From assembly GCF_030699305.1 (NCBI RefSeq), contig NZ_JAUYNB010000031.1, positions 6,492 to 70,491 of the forward strand: a stretch of DNA of 64,000 nt. Direction: 5' to 3'. The notes beneath the pieces were generated by a model. It ran no database searches and had not been told where the DNA came from. It worked only from the letters and a program-made list of their open reading frames with translations. Made by a program: the position numbers and the translations under genes. This document shows positions 18,312-27,692 of the stretch, piece by piece. Every line of letters starts with the position of its first letter. Positions within the stretch are counted from its first letter, which is position 1. This stretch comes from Novosphingobium sp. (GTDB taxonomy: Bacteria > Pseudomonadota > Alphaproteobacteria > Sphingomonadales > Sphingomonadaceae).

Positions 18312-19310
18312 TCAGTTCATCGTCACCACGACTTTGCCGATGGCCTTGCGGTCGGCCAGCAACTGGATCGCCTCTCCGCCGCGCTCCAGCGGGAAGGTGG
18401 CCGATACCTTGGGCTTGATCTTGCCGGTCTTCAGCAGGTCGAACAAAGTCGCGATGTGCGCGGCATTGGCCTGCGGATCGCGCGCGGCGAACGCGCCCCA
18501 GAACACGCCGCACACGTCGCAGCTTTTCAGCAGGGTCAGGTTGAGCGGCAACTTGGCGATCCCGGCGGTGAAGCCGACCACGCAGAAGCGGCCTTCCCAT
18601 GCGATGGAGCGCACCGCCGGTTCGGAATAGTCGCCGCCGATGATGTCATAGATAACGTCCGCCCCGTTGGGGCCGCACGCGGCCTTGAACGCTTCGGCCA
18701 GTGCCTTCGACTGGTCCTTGTCGAGCGGGGCGCGGGGATAGACCACCACTTCGTCGGCCCCGTGTTCGCGCACGACAGCGGCCTTTTCCTCGCTGGAAAC
18801 GGCGGCGACAACCTTCGCGCCATACGCCTTGCCCAGCTCAACCGCAGCCAGACCCACACCGCCCGCAGCACCCAGCACCAGCAGGGTTTCGCCCGCTTTG
18901 AGGTGCCCGCGATCGAGCAGCCCGTGCATGTTGGTGCCATAAGTCATCAGCAGCGATGCGCCGGTTTCAAAGCTGGCGTCATCGGGCAGGGGCCACATCC
19001 GCGCGGCATCGGCCAGCACTTGTTCGGCCAGACCGCCATTGCCCATCATCGCGATTACGCGGTCGCCCGCTTTCCACTGGGTCACGCCTTCGCCGACGGC
19101 ATCGACGATCCCCGCCACTTCGCCGCCGGGCGAATATGGACGCTGCGGTTTGAACTGATAGAGGTCCTGAATCATCAGCACGTCGGGGTAGTTGATCGAA
19201 CAGGCTTTGACCTTGATCCGCACCTGACCGGCACCGGGGACGGGGCTGTCCAGCGTGTCCAGAACCAGCGTGTCCGGTCCACCGACCGCGTGTGTCCTCA
19301 GGGCCTTCAT
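18312..19310 (-). CDS. NADPH:quinone oxidoreductase (zinc-independent MDR)
   Basis: INYPDVL, PGGEVAG, GAAGGVG, IGKVVV. Confidence 0.92.
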   Translation of the reverse strand: MKALRTHAVGGPDTLVLDTLDSPVPGAGQVRIKVKACSINYPDVLMIQDLYQFKPQRPYSPGGEVAGIVDAVGEGVTQWKAGDRVIAMMGNGGLAEQVLADAARMWPLPDDASFETGASLLMTYGTNMHGLLDRGHLKAGETLLVLGAAGGVGLAAVELGKAYGAKVVAAVSSEEKAAVVREHGADEVVVYPRAPLDKDQSKALAEAFKAACGPNGADVIYDIIGGDYSEPAVRSIAWEGRFCVVGFTAGIAKLPLNLTLLKSCDVCGVFWGAFAARDPQANAAHIATLFDLLKTGKIKPKVSATFPLERGGEAIQLLADRKAIGKVVVTMN

Positions 19311-19903
19311 GCAGCTACTCCCGTTGCCAGCCAGGGTGTTTCCCCTGCGCTCTTGTTTTCATACTGGGCGATCTGATCGCCGCGCGCCAGTGTCAGGCCG
19401 ACCTCGTCGAGGCCATTGAGCAGGCAGTGTTTGCGGAACGCGTCGATTTCGAAGGTGAAGCGGTCCTGAAACGGGGTGGTCACGGTCTGGCTGTCCAGAT
19501 CAATGGTGACCGGATCGGTCTGCGCCACTTCCATCAGCCGGTCGATCGCCTCCTGCGGCAGGGCGACGGTCAGGATGCCGTTCTTGAAGGCATTGCCCGA
19601 AAAGATATCGGAAAAGCTGGGCGCAATCACGGCGGTGATGCCCAGATCGAGCAATGCCCAGGCGGCGTGTTCGCGGCTGGAACCGCAGCCGAAGTTGTCG
19701 CCCGCGATCAGGATCGGGGAGCCTTTGAATTCTGCCGAATCGAACAGGTTGGCCGGATCCTGACGGATCGTCTCAAACGCGCCGCGCCCCAGCCCATCAC
19801 GGGTGATGGTTTTGAGCCAGTGCGCCGGAATGATCACATCGGTATCGACGTTCTTGCGGCCAAACGGGATCGCGCGTCCCGATACTTGCTGAACCGACTC
19901 CAT
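19307..19903 (-). CDS. leuD: 3-isopropylmalate dehydratase small subunit
   Basis: [37 protein letters not shown]. Confidence 0.96.
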   Translation of the reverse strand: MESVQQVSGRAIPFGRKNVDTDVIIPAHWLKTITRDGLGRGAFETIRQDPANLFDSAEFKGSPILIAGDNFGCGSSREHAAWALLDLGITAVIAPSFSDIFSGNAFKNGILTVALPQEAIDRLMEVAQTDPVTIDLDSQTVTTPFQDRFTFEIDAFRKHCLLNGLDEVGLTLARGDQIAQYENKSAGETPWLATGVAA

Positions 19904-20082
19904 CAATCGGTCTCCGGCAGGTCTTCGTGGATCGGCTTTGACGCGGGCTTGTCAGCGCGTTCCCGGCGGCGCGAAGCATAGAGCAGTGCGGCGGCGAGGG
20001 CGGCGGAACCAATCGCAGCCCCGGCGAGGGCGGCTTTTCCGGTCCAGCCGGGCTTGTCGGACTTTTCAGAATTGTCGGTCAT
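19903..20082 (-). CDS. Small single-pass membrane protein (59 aa) between leuC and leuD
   Basis: Manual translation [59 protein letters not shown]; TGATG coupling to leuD. Confidence 0.75.
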   Translation of the reverse strand: MTDNSEKSDKPGWTGKAALAGAAIGSAALAAALLYASRRRERADKPASKPIHEDLPETD

Positions 20083-20154
20083 GACTTATCCTATGGTAAC
20101 CGCCGGCGCGGCGTTCAAGCATCAGCCGGTAATTTCGTCGCGTTCGGACGGTCG

Positions 20155-21591
20155 TCAGGCGCTGGTCAGTTTCCGCACGTCGGTCAGTTTACCCGTCACC
20201 GCCGCCGCCGCCGCCATCGCGGGCGAGACGAGGTGGGTGCGCGCGCCCGGACCCTGCCGACCGACGAAGTTGCGGTTGCTGGTGGAAGCGCAGCGTTCCC
20301 CGGCGGGGACCTTGTCGGGGTTCATCGCCAGGCAGGCCGAGCAGCCCGGCTCGCGCCATTCGATCCCCGCGTCGATGAAGATGCGGTCCAGCCCTTCGGC
20401 CTCGGCCTGGCGTTTGACGAGGCCGGAACCGGGCACGACGATCGCCCAGCGGACGCCCGCGGCCTTCTTGCGGCCCTTCACCACGGCAGCGGCGGCGCGG
20501 ATATCCTCGATCCGGCTGTTGGTGCATGAGCCGATGAACACGTTCTGCACCTCGACATCTTCCATCCGCTGGCCCGGCGTCAGCCCCATGTAGTCGAGCG
20601 ACTTCTGCGCGGCTTCCTGCTTGGACGGATCGGTGAAGCTGGCGGGGGCAGGGACGACACCGGTAATCGGCACCACGTCTTCGGGCGATGTGCCCCAGGT
20701 GACGCTGGGGACAATGTCGGCGGCGTCGATCACCACGACCTTGTCGAACTTTGCGCCCGCATCGGTGGCGAGGCTGCGCCACCAGGCAACCGCCTTGTCC
20801 CAGTCTACGCCCTTCGGCGCGAACGGTCGGCCTTTCAGGTAGGCGAAAGTGGTATCGTCCGGTGCGATCAGGCCAGCGCGGGCGCCGTGCTCGATCGCCA
20901 TGTTGGACACGGTCAGGCGTCCCTCCAGCGACAGGCTGCGGATGGCGGAGCCGGTGTATTCGATGACATAGCCAGTGCCGCCCGATGCGCCCAGCACGCC
21001 GCAGATGTGCAGGACAACGTCCTTCGCGGTCACGCCCGCGCCCAGTTCGCCTTCGACCCGGACTTCCATGTTCTTTGACTGCTTGAGCAGCAGGGTCTGC
21101 GTGGCGAGCACGTGCTCCACCTCGCTGGTGCCGATACCGAACGCCAGCGCGCCCAGCCCGCCGTGGCAGGCGGTGTGGCTATCGCCGCAGACGATGGTCG
21201 CGCCGGGCAGGGAGAAGCCCTGTTCCGGGCCGACTACGTGGACAATACCCTGTTCCGCATCAGCGTCGCCGATCAGGCGGATGCCGAATTCGGGCGCGTT
21301 GCGTTCCAGTGCGGCGAGCTGCTGCGCGCTTTCCGGATCGGCAATCGGGATGCGCTGCCCGGCGGCGTCGCGGCGCGCGGTGGTGGGCAGGTTGTGATCG
21401 GGCACGGCCAGCGTCAGGTCCGGGCGGCGCACCTTGCGCCCTGCCGCGCGGAGCGATTCGAACGCCTGCGGGCTGGTAACTTCATGGACGAGGTGGCGGT
21501 CGATATAGATCAGGCAGGTGCCATCGTCGCGGCGTTCCACCACATGGGCGTCCCAGATCTTGTCATAGAGCGTGCGTAAAGTGTGTGCCAT
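20155..21591 (-). CDS. leuC: 3-isopropylmalate dehydratase large subunit
   Basis: [46 protein letters not shown]. Confidence 0.97.
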   Translation of the reverse strand: MAHTLRTLYDKIWDAHVVERRDDGTCLIYIDRHLVHEVTSPQAFESLRAAGRKVRRPDLTLAVPDHNLPTTARRDAAGQRIPIADPESAQQLAALERNAPEFGIRLIGDADAEQGIVHVVGPEQGFSLPGATIVCGDSHTACHGGLGALAFGIGTSEVEHVLATQTLLLKQSKNMEVRVEGELGAGVTAKDVVLHICGVLGASGGTGYVIEYTGSAIRSLSLEGRLTVSNMAIEHGARAGLIAPDDTTFAYLKGRPFAPKGVDWDKAVAWWRSLATDAGAKFDKVVVIDAADIVPSVTWGTSPEDVVPITGVVPAPASFTDPSKQEAAQKSLDYMGLTPGQRMEDVEVQNVFIGSCTNSRIEDIRAAAAVVKGRKKAAGVRWAIVVPGSGLVKRQAEAEGLDRIFIDAGIEWREPGCSACLAMNPDKVPAGERCASTSNRNFVGRQGPGARTHLVSPAMAAAAAVTGKLTDVRKLTSA

Positions 21592-21701
21592 GAGCGCCGA
21601 TAGCCACAGCGCTGCGCAATTGGCAAGTCACTGGCCGATTTCCGCCCTTGCTTGCACTGTTGTTAATAGCAATGTCACAATGAACCGGCTATGGATGGGG
21701 C

Positions 21702-22115
21702 ATGACTGCACCGACGTATTATTTCCCGATCAAGATCCTTCCCGGCGACATTGATTTCATGGGGCATGTGAACAATGCCCGCTATCTGGGCTGGGTCCAG
21801 GACGCGGTGCTGTCGCACTGGCACAAGCTGGCCCCCGCCGACGCGGTGGCGGAGCGGGCGTGGGTCGCGCTGAAGCATGAGATTACCTATCGCAAGCCCG
21901 CTTTCATCGAGGATGAAGTGATCGCGCAAGTCGTGCTGGAAAGCATCCACGGCGCGCGCGCGTTCTATCAGACCATCGTCAAGCGCGGCGAGGAAGTGCT
22001 GGCCGAAGTGAAATCCAGCTGGTGCTGCATCGATACCGCCACGCTGCGCCCCGCCCGGATCGGCGCGGATGTGGCCGCGTTCTTCTTCCCGCGCACCCCG
22101 GCGGCAGAGGGCTGA
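21702..22115 (+). CDS. Acyl-CoA thioesterase (4HBT/YbgC-like hotdog fold)
   Basis: DIDFMGHVNNARY. Confidence 0.9.
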   Translation: MTAPTYYFPIKILPGDIDFMGHVNNARYLGWVQDAVLSHWHKLAPADAVAERAWVALKHEITYRKPAFIEDEVIAQVVLESIHGARAFYQTIVKRGEEVLAEVKSSWCCIDTATLRPARIGADVAAFFFPRTPAAEG

Positions 22116-22119
22116 GCAG

Positions 22120-22638
22120 ATGTCGGTGCTGGCCGCCTCTGCAATCGTGATCGCCACGGTGCTGGCGATGGAATGGGTGGCCTGGGCCAGCCACAAGTAC
22201 ATCATGCACGGCTGGGGCTGGGGCTGGCACCGCGACCATCACGAACCGCACGACAATTTCTTCGAAAAGAACGACCAATACGCCATCGTCGGTGCGGCGC
22301 TGAGCGTCACGATGTTCGCGATCGGCAGCCCGATGATCCGGGGTGACGCGGCATGGGCGCCGGGCACGTGGATCGGCCTTGGCATCCTGTTCTACGGGAT
22401 CATCTATACGCTGGTGCATGACGGGCTGGTCCATCAGCGCTGGTTCCGCTGGGTGCCCAAGCGCGGCTACGCCAAGCGCCTGGTTCAGGCGCACAAGCTG
22501 CACCATGCGACCATCGGCAAAGAAGGCGGGGTCAGCTTTGGCTTTGTGTTCGCGCGCGATCCGGCGGCGCTCAAGCAGGATCTGAAAGCCCAGCGTGCCG
22601 CAGGGATTGCGGTGCTGCGCGAAGCGATTGAGGACTGA
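22120..22638 (+). CDS. crtZ: Beta-carotene hydroxylase
   Basis: MEWVAWASHKYIMHG, WHRDHH, FEKND, HDGLVHQRW, QAHKLHH His boxes, VSFGF. Confidence 0.9.
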   Translation: MSVLAASAIVIATVLAMEWVAWASHKYIMHGWGWGWHRDHHEPHDNFFEKNDQYAIVGAALSVTMFAIGSPMIRGDAAWAPGTWIGLGILFYGIIYTLVHDGLVHQRWFRWVPKRGYAKRLVQAHKLHHATIGKEGGVSFGFVFARDPAALKQDLKAQRAAGIAVLREAIED

Positions 22639-22643
22639 TCGCG

Positions 22644-23000
22644 TTACTCGGCGCGGGTCCAGATCCATGGGCCGACGGTAACCAGCACGGCCACCGAGAT
22701 CAGCACCCACGGCCAGCCGACCGTGAACCACGTAAAGCCCACGCCCGCGCTCATCGCCAGCACGGCGGACACTTTGGCGCGGCGCGGGATCGCGCGGCGA
22801 TCCCGCCATTCGATCATCGCCGGGCCGTATTGCGGGTGATCATACAGCCGCTGCGCCCATTCCGGTTTGCCCCGAGCAAAGCAGAACGCGGCCAGCAGCA
22901 GGAACGGCACGGTTGGCAGGATCGGCAGGAACGCGCCGACCACAGCCAGCCCCAGCGCGGTCAGCCCCGCGCCCAGCCAGAGCGGCTTAGCCAGCGGCAT
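22644..23000 (-). CDS. YbaN (DUF454) membrane protein
   Basis: LPILPTVPFLLLAAFCFARG, HPQYGP. Confidence 0.9.
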   Translation of the reverse strand: MPLAKPLWLGAGLTALGLAVVGAFLPILPTVPFLLLAAFCFARGKPEWAQRLYDHPQYGPAMIEWRDRRAIPRRAKVSAVLAMSAGVGFTWFTVGWPWVLISVAVLVTVGPWIWTRAE

Positions 23001-23397
23001 AGCGGGCAGCCGTTTCGCGGATCAGCGCGATCATGTTCGGCACGCCCTGGGTGCGGTTGGAGGACAGCTGGTTCTTGAGGTCGAACGGGGTGAGCAGGGC
23101 GGCAATGTCGGTATCGGCCACGCTCGCGGCGGGCTGATCCTGCACGGCGGACACCACCAGCGCGACGATCCCCTTGGTGATCGCGGCGTTGCTGTCGGCC
23201 AGGAAGTGCAGCGATCCATCGTCGCGGCGCATCGGATAGACCCAGACGCTGGCCGAACAGCCGCGCACCAGCGTGGCGTCGGTCTTCAGCGGATCGGGCA
23301 TCGGCTCCAGCTCGCGCCCCAGCTCGATCAGCAGGCGATAGCGTTCATCGCTGTCGAGGAAATCGTATTCTTCGTGAATCTCGGTCAGGCTGCGCAT
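22987..23397 (-). CDS. sufE: SufE family Fe-S metabolism protein
   Basis: RYRLLIELG, VRGCSASVW, ADSNAAITKG, LSSNRTQG. Confidence 0.92.
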   Translation of the reverse strand: MRSLTEIHEEYDFLDSDERYRLLIELGRELEPMPDPLKTDATLVRGCSASVWVYPMRRDDGSLHFLADSNAAITKGIVALVVSAVQDQPAASVADTDIAALLTPFDLKNQLSSNRTQGVPNMIALIRETAARYAAG

Positions 23398-23422
23398 GGC
23401 TGGGCCGTTAGCGCGCGCGGCG

Positions 23423-23650
23423 CTAAAGGTCCACTCCGGCCGCAATCGCTTCGAGCTTGCGGATGCGTTCTTTCAGGTCCGCGATCTCGATCCGGGCCAT
23501 GCCCGACCCGGATTCGGGTTCGGGGCGCCGGATATCGAGTTCGCGCACTTTCAGGGTCAGCCACCCCTGCCAGCCTTTCAGCATGGCAGCGGCGACGATG
23601 GCAATCGCGGCAAGGGTTGCGGCGGAGATGACGAGGTATTCGCTGATCAT
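23423..23650 (-). CDS. Small membrane/coiled-coil protein, psp operon (PspB/C-like paralogue 4)
   Basis: N-terminal TM, LKERIRKLEAIA coiled coil. Confidence 0.8.
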   Translation of the reverse strand: MISEYLVISAATLAAIAIVAAAMLKGWQGWLTLKVRELDIRRPEPESGSGMARIEIADLKERIRKLEAIAAGVDL

Positions 23651-23683
23651 GGCGGTTACTCCCGTTGCTGGGGAGCCTGCGAT

Positions 23684-23935
23684 TTATTTGTCGCGCAGGC
23701 TTTCGATTTCGGCGGCGATAGAGCGGGACTGGCGATCATCGGTGGCAATGCGTTCCAGCACTTTCAGCCGTTCGCGCAACTCGTGCAGTTCGCGCTCCAG
23801 TTCCAGTTCCCGTGCTGGCGTCACCGGTTGATTCGGCGGTTCCGCGCCGTTGTCCCGCTGGCGATGCCTGGACATCCGGATGCTGGCGAAGGCGATAATC
23901 GCGACGATGATGACCAATGCAGTCCAAGAATTCAT
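23684..23935 (-). CDS. Small membrane/coiled-coil protein, psp operon (paralogue 3)
   Basis: MNSWTALVIIVAII TM, LRERLKVLERIATD...IAAEIESLR; RBS GAGGGGAAC. Confidence 0.8.
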   Translation of the reverse strand: MNSWTALVIIVAIIAFASIRMSRHRQRDNGAEPPNQPVTPARELELERELHELRERLKVLERIATDDRQSRSIAAEIESLRDK

Positions 23936-23955
23936 GTTCCCCTCCCTCAGCCCGG

Positions 23956-24276
23956 TCAGTTGCGCGGCAATTGGCGCAGGGCTTCGATCTGGCTGGTCAG
24001 GCCATAGCCGCTGTCTGTGACAATTCGTTCGACATTGCCCAGCCGGTCCTTGATCGAACCGATTTCGGCGCGCAGCTGGGCATTTTCCTGGCTGAGCAGC
24101 TTGATCCGTTCCAATTCCTCGGAACTCGTCCTGGGATAGATTGCCTTGCCCCACGAACTTTCCAGCGGATAGCCGTGCTTGACGCGCAGCCAGGTGGTGA
24201 TGACCCAGCCGATCATGCCGACCACGCCAAAGATTGCCGCGGCGGGGGCGAGGGCTTCGAGGACTTCGGGGCTCAC
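23956..24276 (-). CDS. Small membrane/coiled-coil protein, psp operon (paralogue 2)
   Basis: TM, WLRVKHGYPLE, IKDRLGNVERIVTD...LTSQIEALR; GTGA coupling. Confidence 0.82.
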   Translation of the reverse strand: MSPEVLEALAPAAAIFGVVGMIGWVITTWLRVKHGYPLESSWGKAIYPRTSSEELERIKLLSQENAQLRAEIGSIKDRLGNVERIVTDSGYGLTSQIEALRQLPRN

Positions 24277-24551
24277 GGCCGCACCTCCGGCTCGCGGGCA
24301 TCGAGCAGCGCTTCGACCTTGCGGGCATCGCGCAGCGCCTCGATCTGGGTGGCGACATCATAGCCGCGGTCGGTGACGATGCGCTCCAGCACGCGCACGC
24401 GCTCTTCCAGTTCGGTGTTCTGGACGGCGTATTGCGCGGCCTTTTCGGCGGCAGCCTGCACTTCCAGTTCGGCGATCTTCTGGCGGTGCTTGGTCCAGAT
24501 CGCGATGATCGGGATCGACAGCGCCAGGATCGGGATCAGAATCGGGTCCAT
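24273..24551 (-). CDS. Small membrane/coiled-coil protein, psp operon (paralogue 1)
   Basis: TM, LEERVRVLERIVTD...VATQIEALR. Confidence 0.82.
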   Translation of the reverse strand: MDPILIPILALSIPIIAIWTKHRQKIAELEVQAAAEKAAQYAVQNTELEERVRVLERIVTDRGYDVATQIEALRDARKVEALLDAREPEVRP

Positions 24552-24578
24552 CGTGGTATTCCCCCTCTTGCGCCGCGC

Positions 24579-24956
24579 TTAGCGCAGGCGCTCGATTTCT
24601 TCGGACAGGCGCGGGTTCGCGCTGACGTAATAGTGTTCGACGTCGGCCAGGCGGCGGTCGATATCACGGAAGCTGGCGCGGACGTCGCGGGCGGTGCGGG
24701 CCGGTGACTGGCGCACGCGTTGCCAGAACTTCTGCTCCTGGCTGTCGACATACAGGTGCGCGGGCTTCTTGTTGGCCAGGAACCCGGCGATGAAATAGAA
24801 CGGGATGATCCCGCCGCCGGTCATGAAGACCAGGCCGACAAAGCCCAGCCGGACCCAGATCGCGTTGACCCCGGTATAGTCGGCAATGCCGGAGCAGATC
24901 CCCATCAGCTTGGCGTTCTGCTTGTCGCGGTAAAAGCTGGTGCGCGGACCGTTCAT
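24579..24956 (-). CDS. pspC: Phage shock protein C
   Basis: FYRDKQNAKLMGICSGIADYTG PspC domain. Confidence 0.93.
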   Translation of the reverse strand: MNGPRTSFYRDKQNAKLMGICSGIADYTGVNAIWVRLGFVGLVFMTGGGIIPFYFIAGFLANKKPAHLYVDSQEQKFWQRVRQSPARTARDVRASFRDIDRRLADVEHYYVSANPRLSEEIERLR

Positions 24957-24957
24957 C

Positions 24958-25248
24958 TTACTTCCCCCCTTTGCGAGCAATCATGCGGTCCAGTTCCCGC
25001 AGCGGCTGGTTGTCGACTTCGCGGTCATGGACCAGGCGGGTCGGGCTGAAATCCGGGTTGTCGGCGGCGACCAGGCGCTCCACCGTGTCCATCCGGTCAT
25101 CCAGGCGGCGGGCCAGCTGGTAGAGTTCTTCCAGCATCGCTTCATCACCCACCGTCAGCGTCGCGGCGGTCTTCCACTTGGTCACATAGTGCAGGATGAT
25201 CCACGGAAGGCCGATAAACAGCGTTCCGAACAGGGCAACTTCTTCCAT
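24958..25248 (-). CDS. pspB: Phage shock protein B
   Basis: GLPWIILHYVTKW, LYQLARRLDDRMDTVERLV. Confidence 0.92.
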   Translation of the reverse strand: MEEVALFGTLFIGLPWIILHYVTKWKTAATLTVGDEAMLEELYQLARRLDDRMDTVERLVAADNPDFSPTRLVHDREVDNQPLRELDRMIARKGGK

Positions 25249-25252
25249 TGGC

Positions 25253-25945
25253 TCAGCCCTCCTTGGTGGTGTCGGCGGCGCCCGACAGGGCGCGCTTCAT
25301 GGCTTCGAGTTCTTCGTCGATCTTGTCCTGCCCGGCGAGCGCGGAGATCTGGTCGGCCAGACTGGGCTGGCTGGTGCCGTCCGCCAGGCTCAGCGCGTCG
25401 GCGCGGCCTTCGGCGTAATCGACGCGGCGTTCCAGCTGGTCGAATCGGGCCATCGCCTCGTCCACCCGCTCGCTGGCCAGCAGCGTGCGCAGCTTGACGC
25501 GGTTTTCGGCGCTTTCCAGGCGGGCGGCAATCGCGGTCTGGCGGCTGCGGGCTTCGCGCAGGCGGGTCTGGAGCTTGTCGATGTCCAGTTCATAGGCGCG
25601 CAGGGCATCGTCCAGCACGGCGATTTCCGCCTTCAACTGGTCGGCCATGTCGGCGGCCTTCTTCTTTTCGACCAGCGCCGCGCGGGCCAGGTCTTCGCGG
25701 TCCTTGCTCAGCGCCAGCTGGGCCTTTTCCGCCCAGTCGGCCTGCAGCCGGTCCAGCTTCACGGTGTGGCGGTGCATTTCCTTCTGGTCGGCGATGGTGC
25801 GGGCCGCGCTGGCACGCACTTCGACCAGCGTTTCCTCCATCTCCAGGATGATCATGCGGATCATCTTCGACGGGTCGTCCGCCTTGTCGAGCAACTCGTT
25901 GAAGTTGGCGGCGATAATGTCACGGGTGCGGCTGAAAATGCCCAT
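25253..25945 (-). CDS. pspA: Phage shock protein A (canonical start; in-frame 77-codon upstream extension to 26176)
   Basis: MGIFSRTRDIIAAN, DKADDPSKMIRMIILEMEETL. Confidence 0.95.
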   Translation of the reverse strand: MGIFSRTRDIIAANFNELLDKADDPSKMIRMIILEMEETLVEVRASAARTIADQKEMHRHTVKLDRLQADWAEKAQLALSKDREDLARAALVEKKKAADMADQLKAEIAVLDDALRAYELDIDKLQTRLREARSRQTAIAARLESAENRVKLRTLLASERVDEAMARFDQLERRVDYAEGRADALSLADGTSQPSLADQISALAGQDKIDEELEAMKRALSGAADTTKEG

Positions 25946-26175
25946 CAAGGGTACTCCGATACTGGAAAGCGAAGAGGCGGCGGGGGTGGGCGACTTGCGC
26001 AGGCGTTCCACTTCGTCGTCGAAGCGGGAAGCCTTGCGCGCGGAGCCGGTGCTCCCGCTCGAAAGGGTCTGGGCCGGAACGTCGCTGTGGCGGGGGGACT
26101 GGGTCCCGCCAGCGGGGGGCTCGTCGCGTTCCGGCCCAAGGGGGTTGAAGGGGTCGTTGACCATAACCGCGCCCA

Positions 26176-26337
26176 TCAGGCCTGCTGCGCCGCAGCGACC
26201 TGCTGCGACTGGGCGACCGTCGGGGCGGCGTCCAGCTGGTTGGCCAGCACGAGGACGTTCATCGCCAGCATCGCGGTGACCGACAGCATGATCGCCTTGT
26301 CGAGCTTCGAAGCGGCGGAGAGAGGCTTGGTGAACAT
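26176..26337 (-). CDS. Small hydrophobic protein (53 aa), first ORF of the psp operon
   Basis: MFTKPLSAASKLDKAIMLSVTAMLAMNVLVLANQLDAAPTVAQSQQVAAAQQA; RBS GAGGAAC; directly after the sigma54 promoter. Confidence 0.75.
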   Translation of the reverse strand: MFTKPLSAASKLDKAIMLSVTAMLAMNVLVLANQLDAAPTVAQSQQVAAAQQA

Positions 26338-26372
26338 GGCGTTCCTCGTTGGATTGCGTTTGTCCGGTACTT

Positions 26373-26389
26373 CGCAAAGGGCGTGCCAA
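26373..26389 (-). promoter_or_regulatory. Sigma54 promoter of the psp operon
   Basis: Minus strand TTGGCACGCCCTTTGCG, consensus -24/-12; divergent from pspF. Confidence 0.9.
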
Positions 26390-26488
26390 ATTGCGGCCGG
26401 GCCAATTTTCCGGGGGTTTCGGCAAAAATCGACGAACGACGTGTTGGCCCCTGTTCCCAATGTTGGGGTATTTCGCTATATTTTGGGA

Positions 26489-27523
26489 ATGGAGCGTGAT
26501 GTTCAGTTCATTGGCCAGTCCACGGCCTTCCTCGATGCGGTGGAGCGGGCCAGCCGCGCTGCGCCGATGCGCCGCCCGGTGCTGGTGATCGGGGAGCGTG
26601 GAACCGGCAAGGAACTGATCGCCGAACGCCTGCACCGCCTGTCGCCGCGCTGGGGCGAGCCGCTCGTCACGCTGAATTGCGCGGCGCTGCCGGAAACGCT
26701 GATCGAGGCGGAGCTGTTCGGTCATGAGCAAGGGGCCTTTACCGGCGCTACCAGAGCACGGGCCGGGCGGTTCGAGGAAGCCGACAAAGGCACGTTGTTC
26801 CTCGACGAACTGGCGACGCTGTCGATGGGCGCGCAGGAACGCCTGCTGCGCGCGGTCGAATATGGCGAAGTAACGCGGATCGGATCGTCGCGCGCGATCC
26901 GGGTTGACGTGCGGATCGTGGCTGCCACCAACGAAGACCTGCCCCGCATGGCCGATCAGGGCCGGTTCCGCGCCGACCTGCTCGACCGGCTGAGTTTCGA
27001 GGTCATCACGCTGCCGCCGCTGCGGGTGCGCGAAGGGGATATTCACGTGCTGGCCGAGTACTTTGGCCGCCGCATGGCAACCGAGCTGGACTGGGAACGC
27101 TGGCCCGGCTTTTCCGACCATGCCTTGCACGCGCTGGAGGATTATCAGTGGCCGGGCAACGTGCGCGAACTGCGCAACGTGGTGGAACGCGCGGTCTATC
27201 GCTGGGGCGATGCGGAAACGCCGATCGCGCATATCCAGTTCAACCCGTTCGAAAGCCCGTGGAAACCGGAGTCGTTCGCAGTGGTGCGCAGCGAGGATCG
27301 GCCTACTTTTCATCCCGCGCCCGAACCGACGTCAAAACCGGCGCAGGACCTGGATTCGGTTTCAGACCTGCGCGCGGCAGTGGATGCCCACGAAAAGGCG
27401 ATCCTGGAACAGGCGCTGGGCCGCAACCGCTATAATCAGCGTCAGACGGCCAGGGCGCTGGGCGTCAGCTATGACCAGCTGCGCCATGCGATGAAGAAGC
27501 ATGGCCTGATGGATCGGAGCTGA
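26489..27523 (+). CDS. pspF: Phage shock operon sigma54 activator
   Basis: GERGTGKE Walker A, GAFTGA, FLDE, WPGNVRELRN, C-terminal HTH; no receiver domain. Confidence 0.94.
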   Translation: MERDVQFIGQSTAFLDAVERASRAAPMRRPVLVIGERGTGKELIAERLHRLSPRWGEPLVTLNCAALPETLIEAELFGHEQGAFTGATRARAGRFEEADKGTLFLDELATLSMGAQERLLRAVEYGEVTRIGSSRAIRVDVRIVAATNEDLPRMADQGRFRADLLDRLSFEVITLPPLRVREGDIHVLAEYFGRRMATELDWERWPGFSDHALHALEDYQWPGNVRELRNVVERAVYRWGDAETPIAHIQFNPFESPWKPESFAVVRSEDRPTFHPAPEPTSKPAQDLDSVSDLRAAVDAHEKAILEQALGRNRYNQRQTARALGVSYDQLRHAMKKHGLMDRS

Positions 27524-27692
27524 TGGATCGGGCCTGATGGAACGGGGATAACCGCCGCAGACTCCGCTTGCGTTTCGCCGGAAATGGGCCTAACGGACCG
27601 CTCATCCCGACATTGTGAAGCAAGGTCAGGGCTGGCGCCGAAAGGGGCCGGCGCAAAACGGCTTTTTGCGGTTCGGGCAAGACGGAGACGGC

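Noticed and set aside
27503-27540. 14-bp tandem duplication spanning the pspF stop
   Set aside because: Looks like local slippage of the gene end; no evident function
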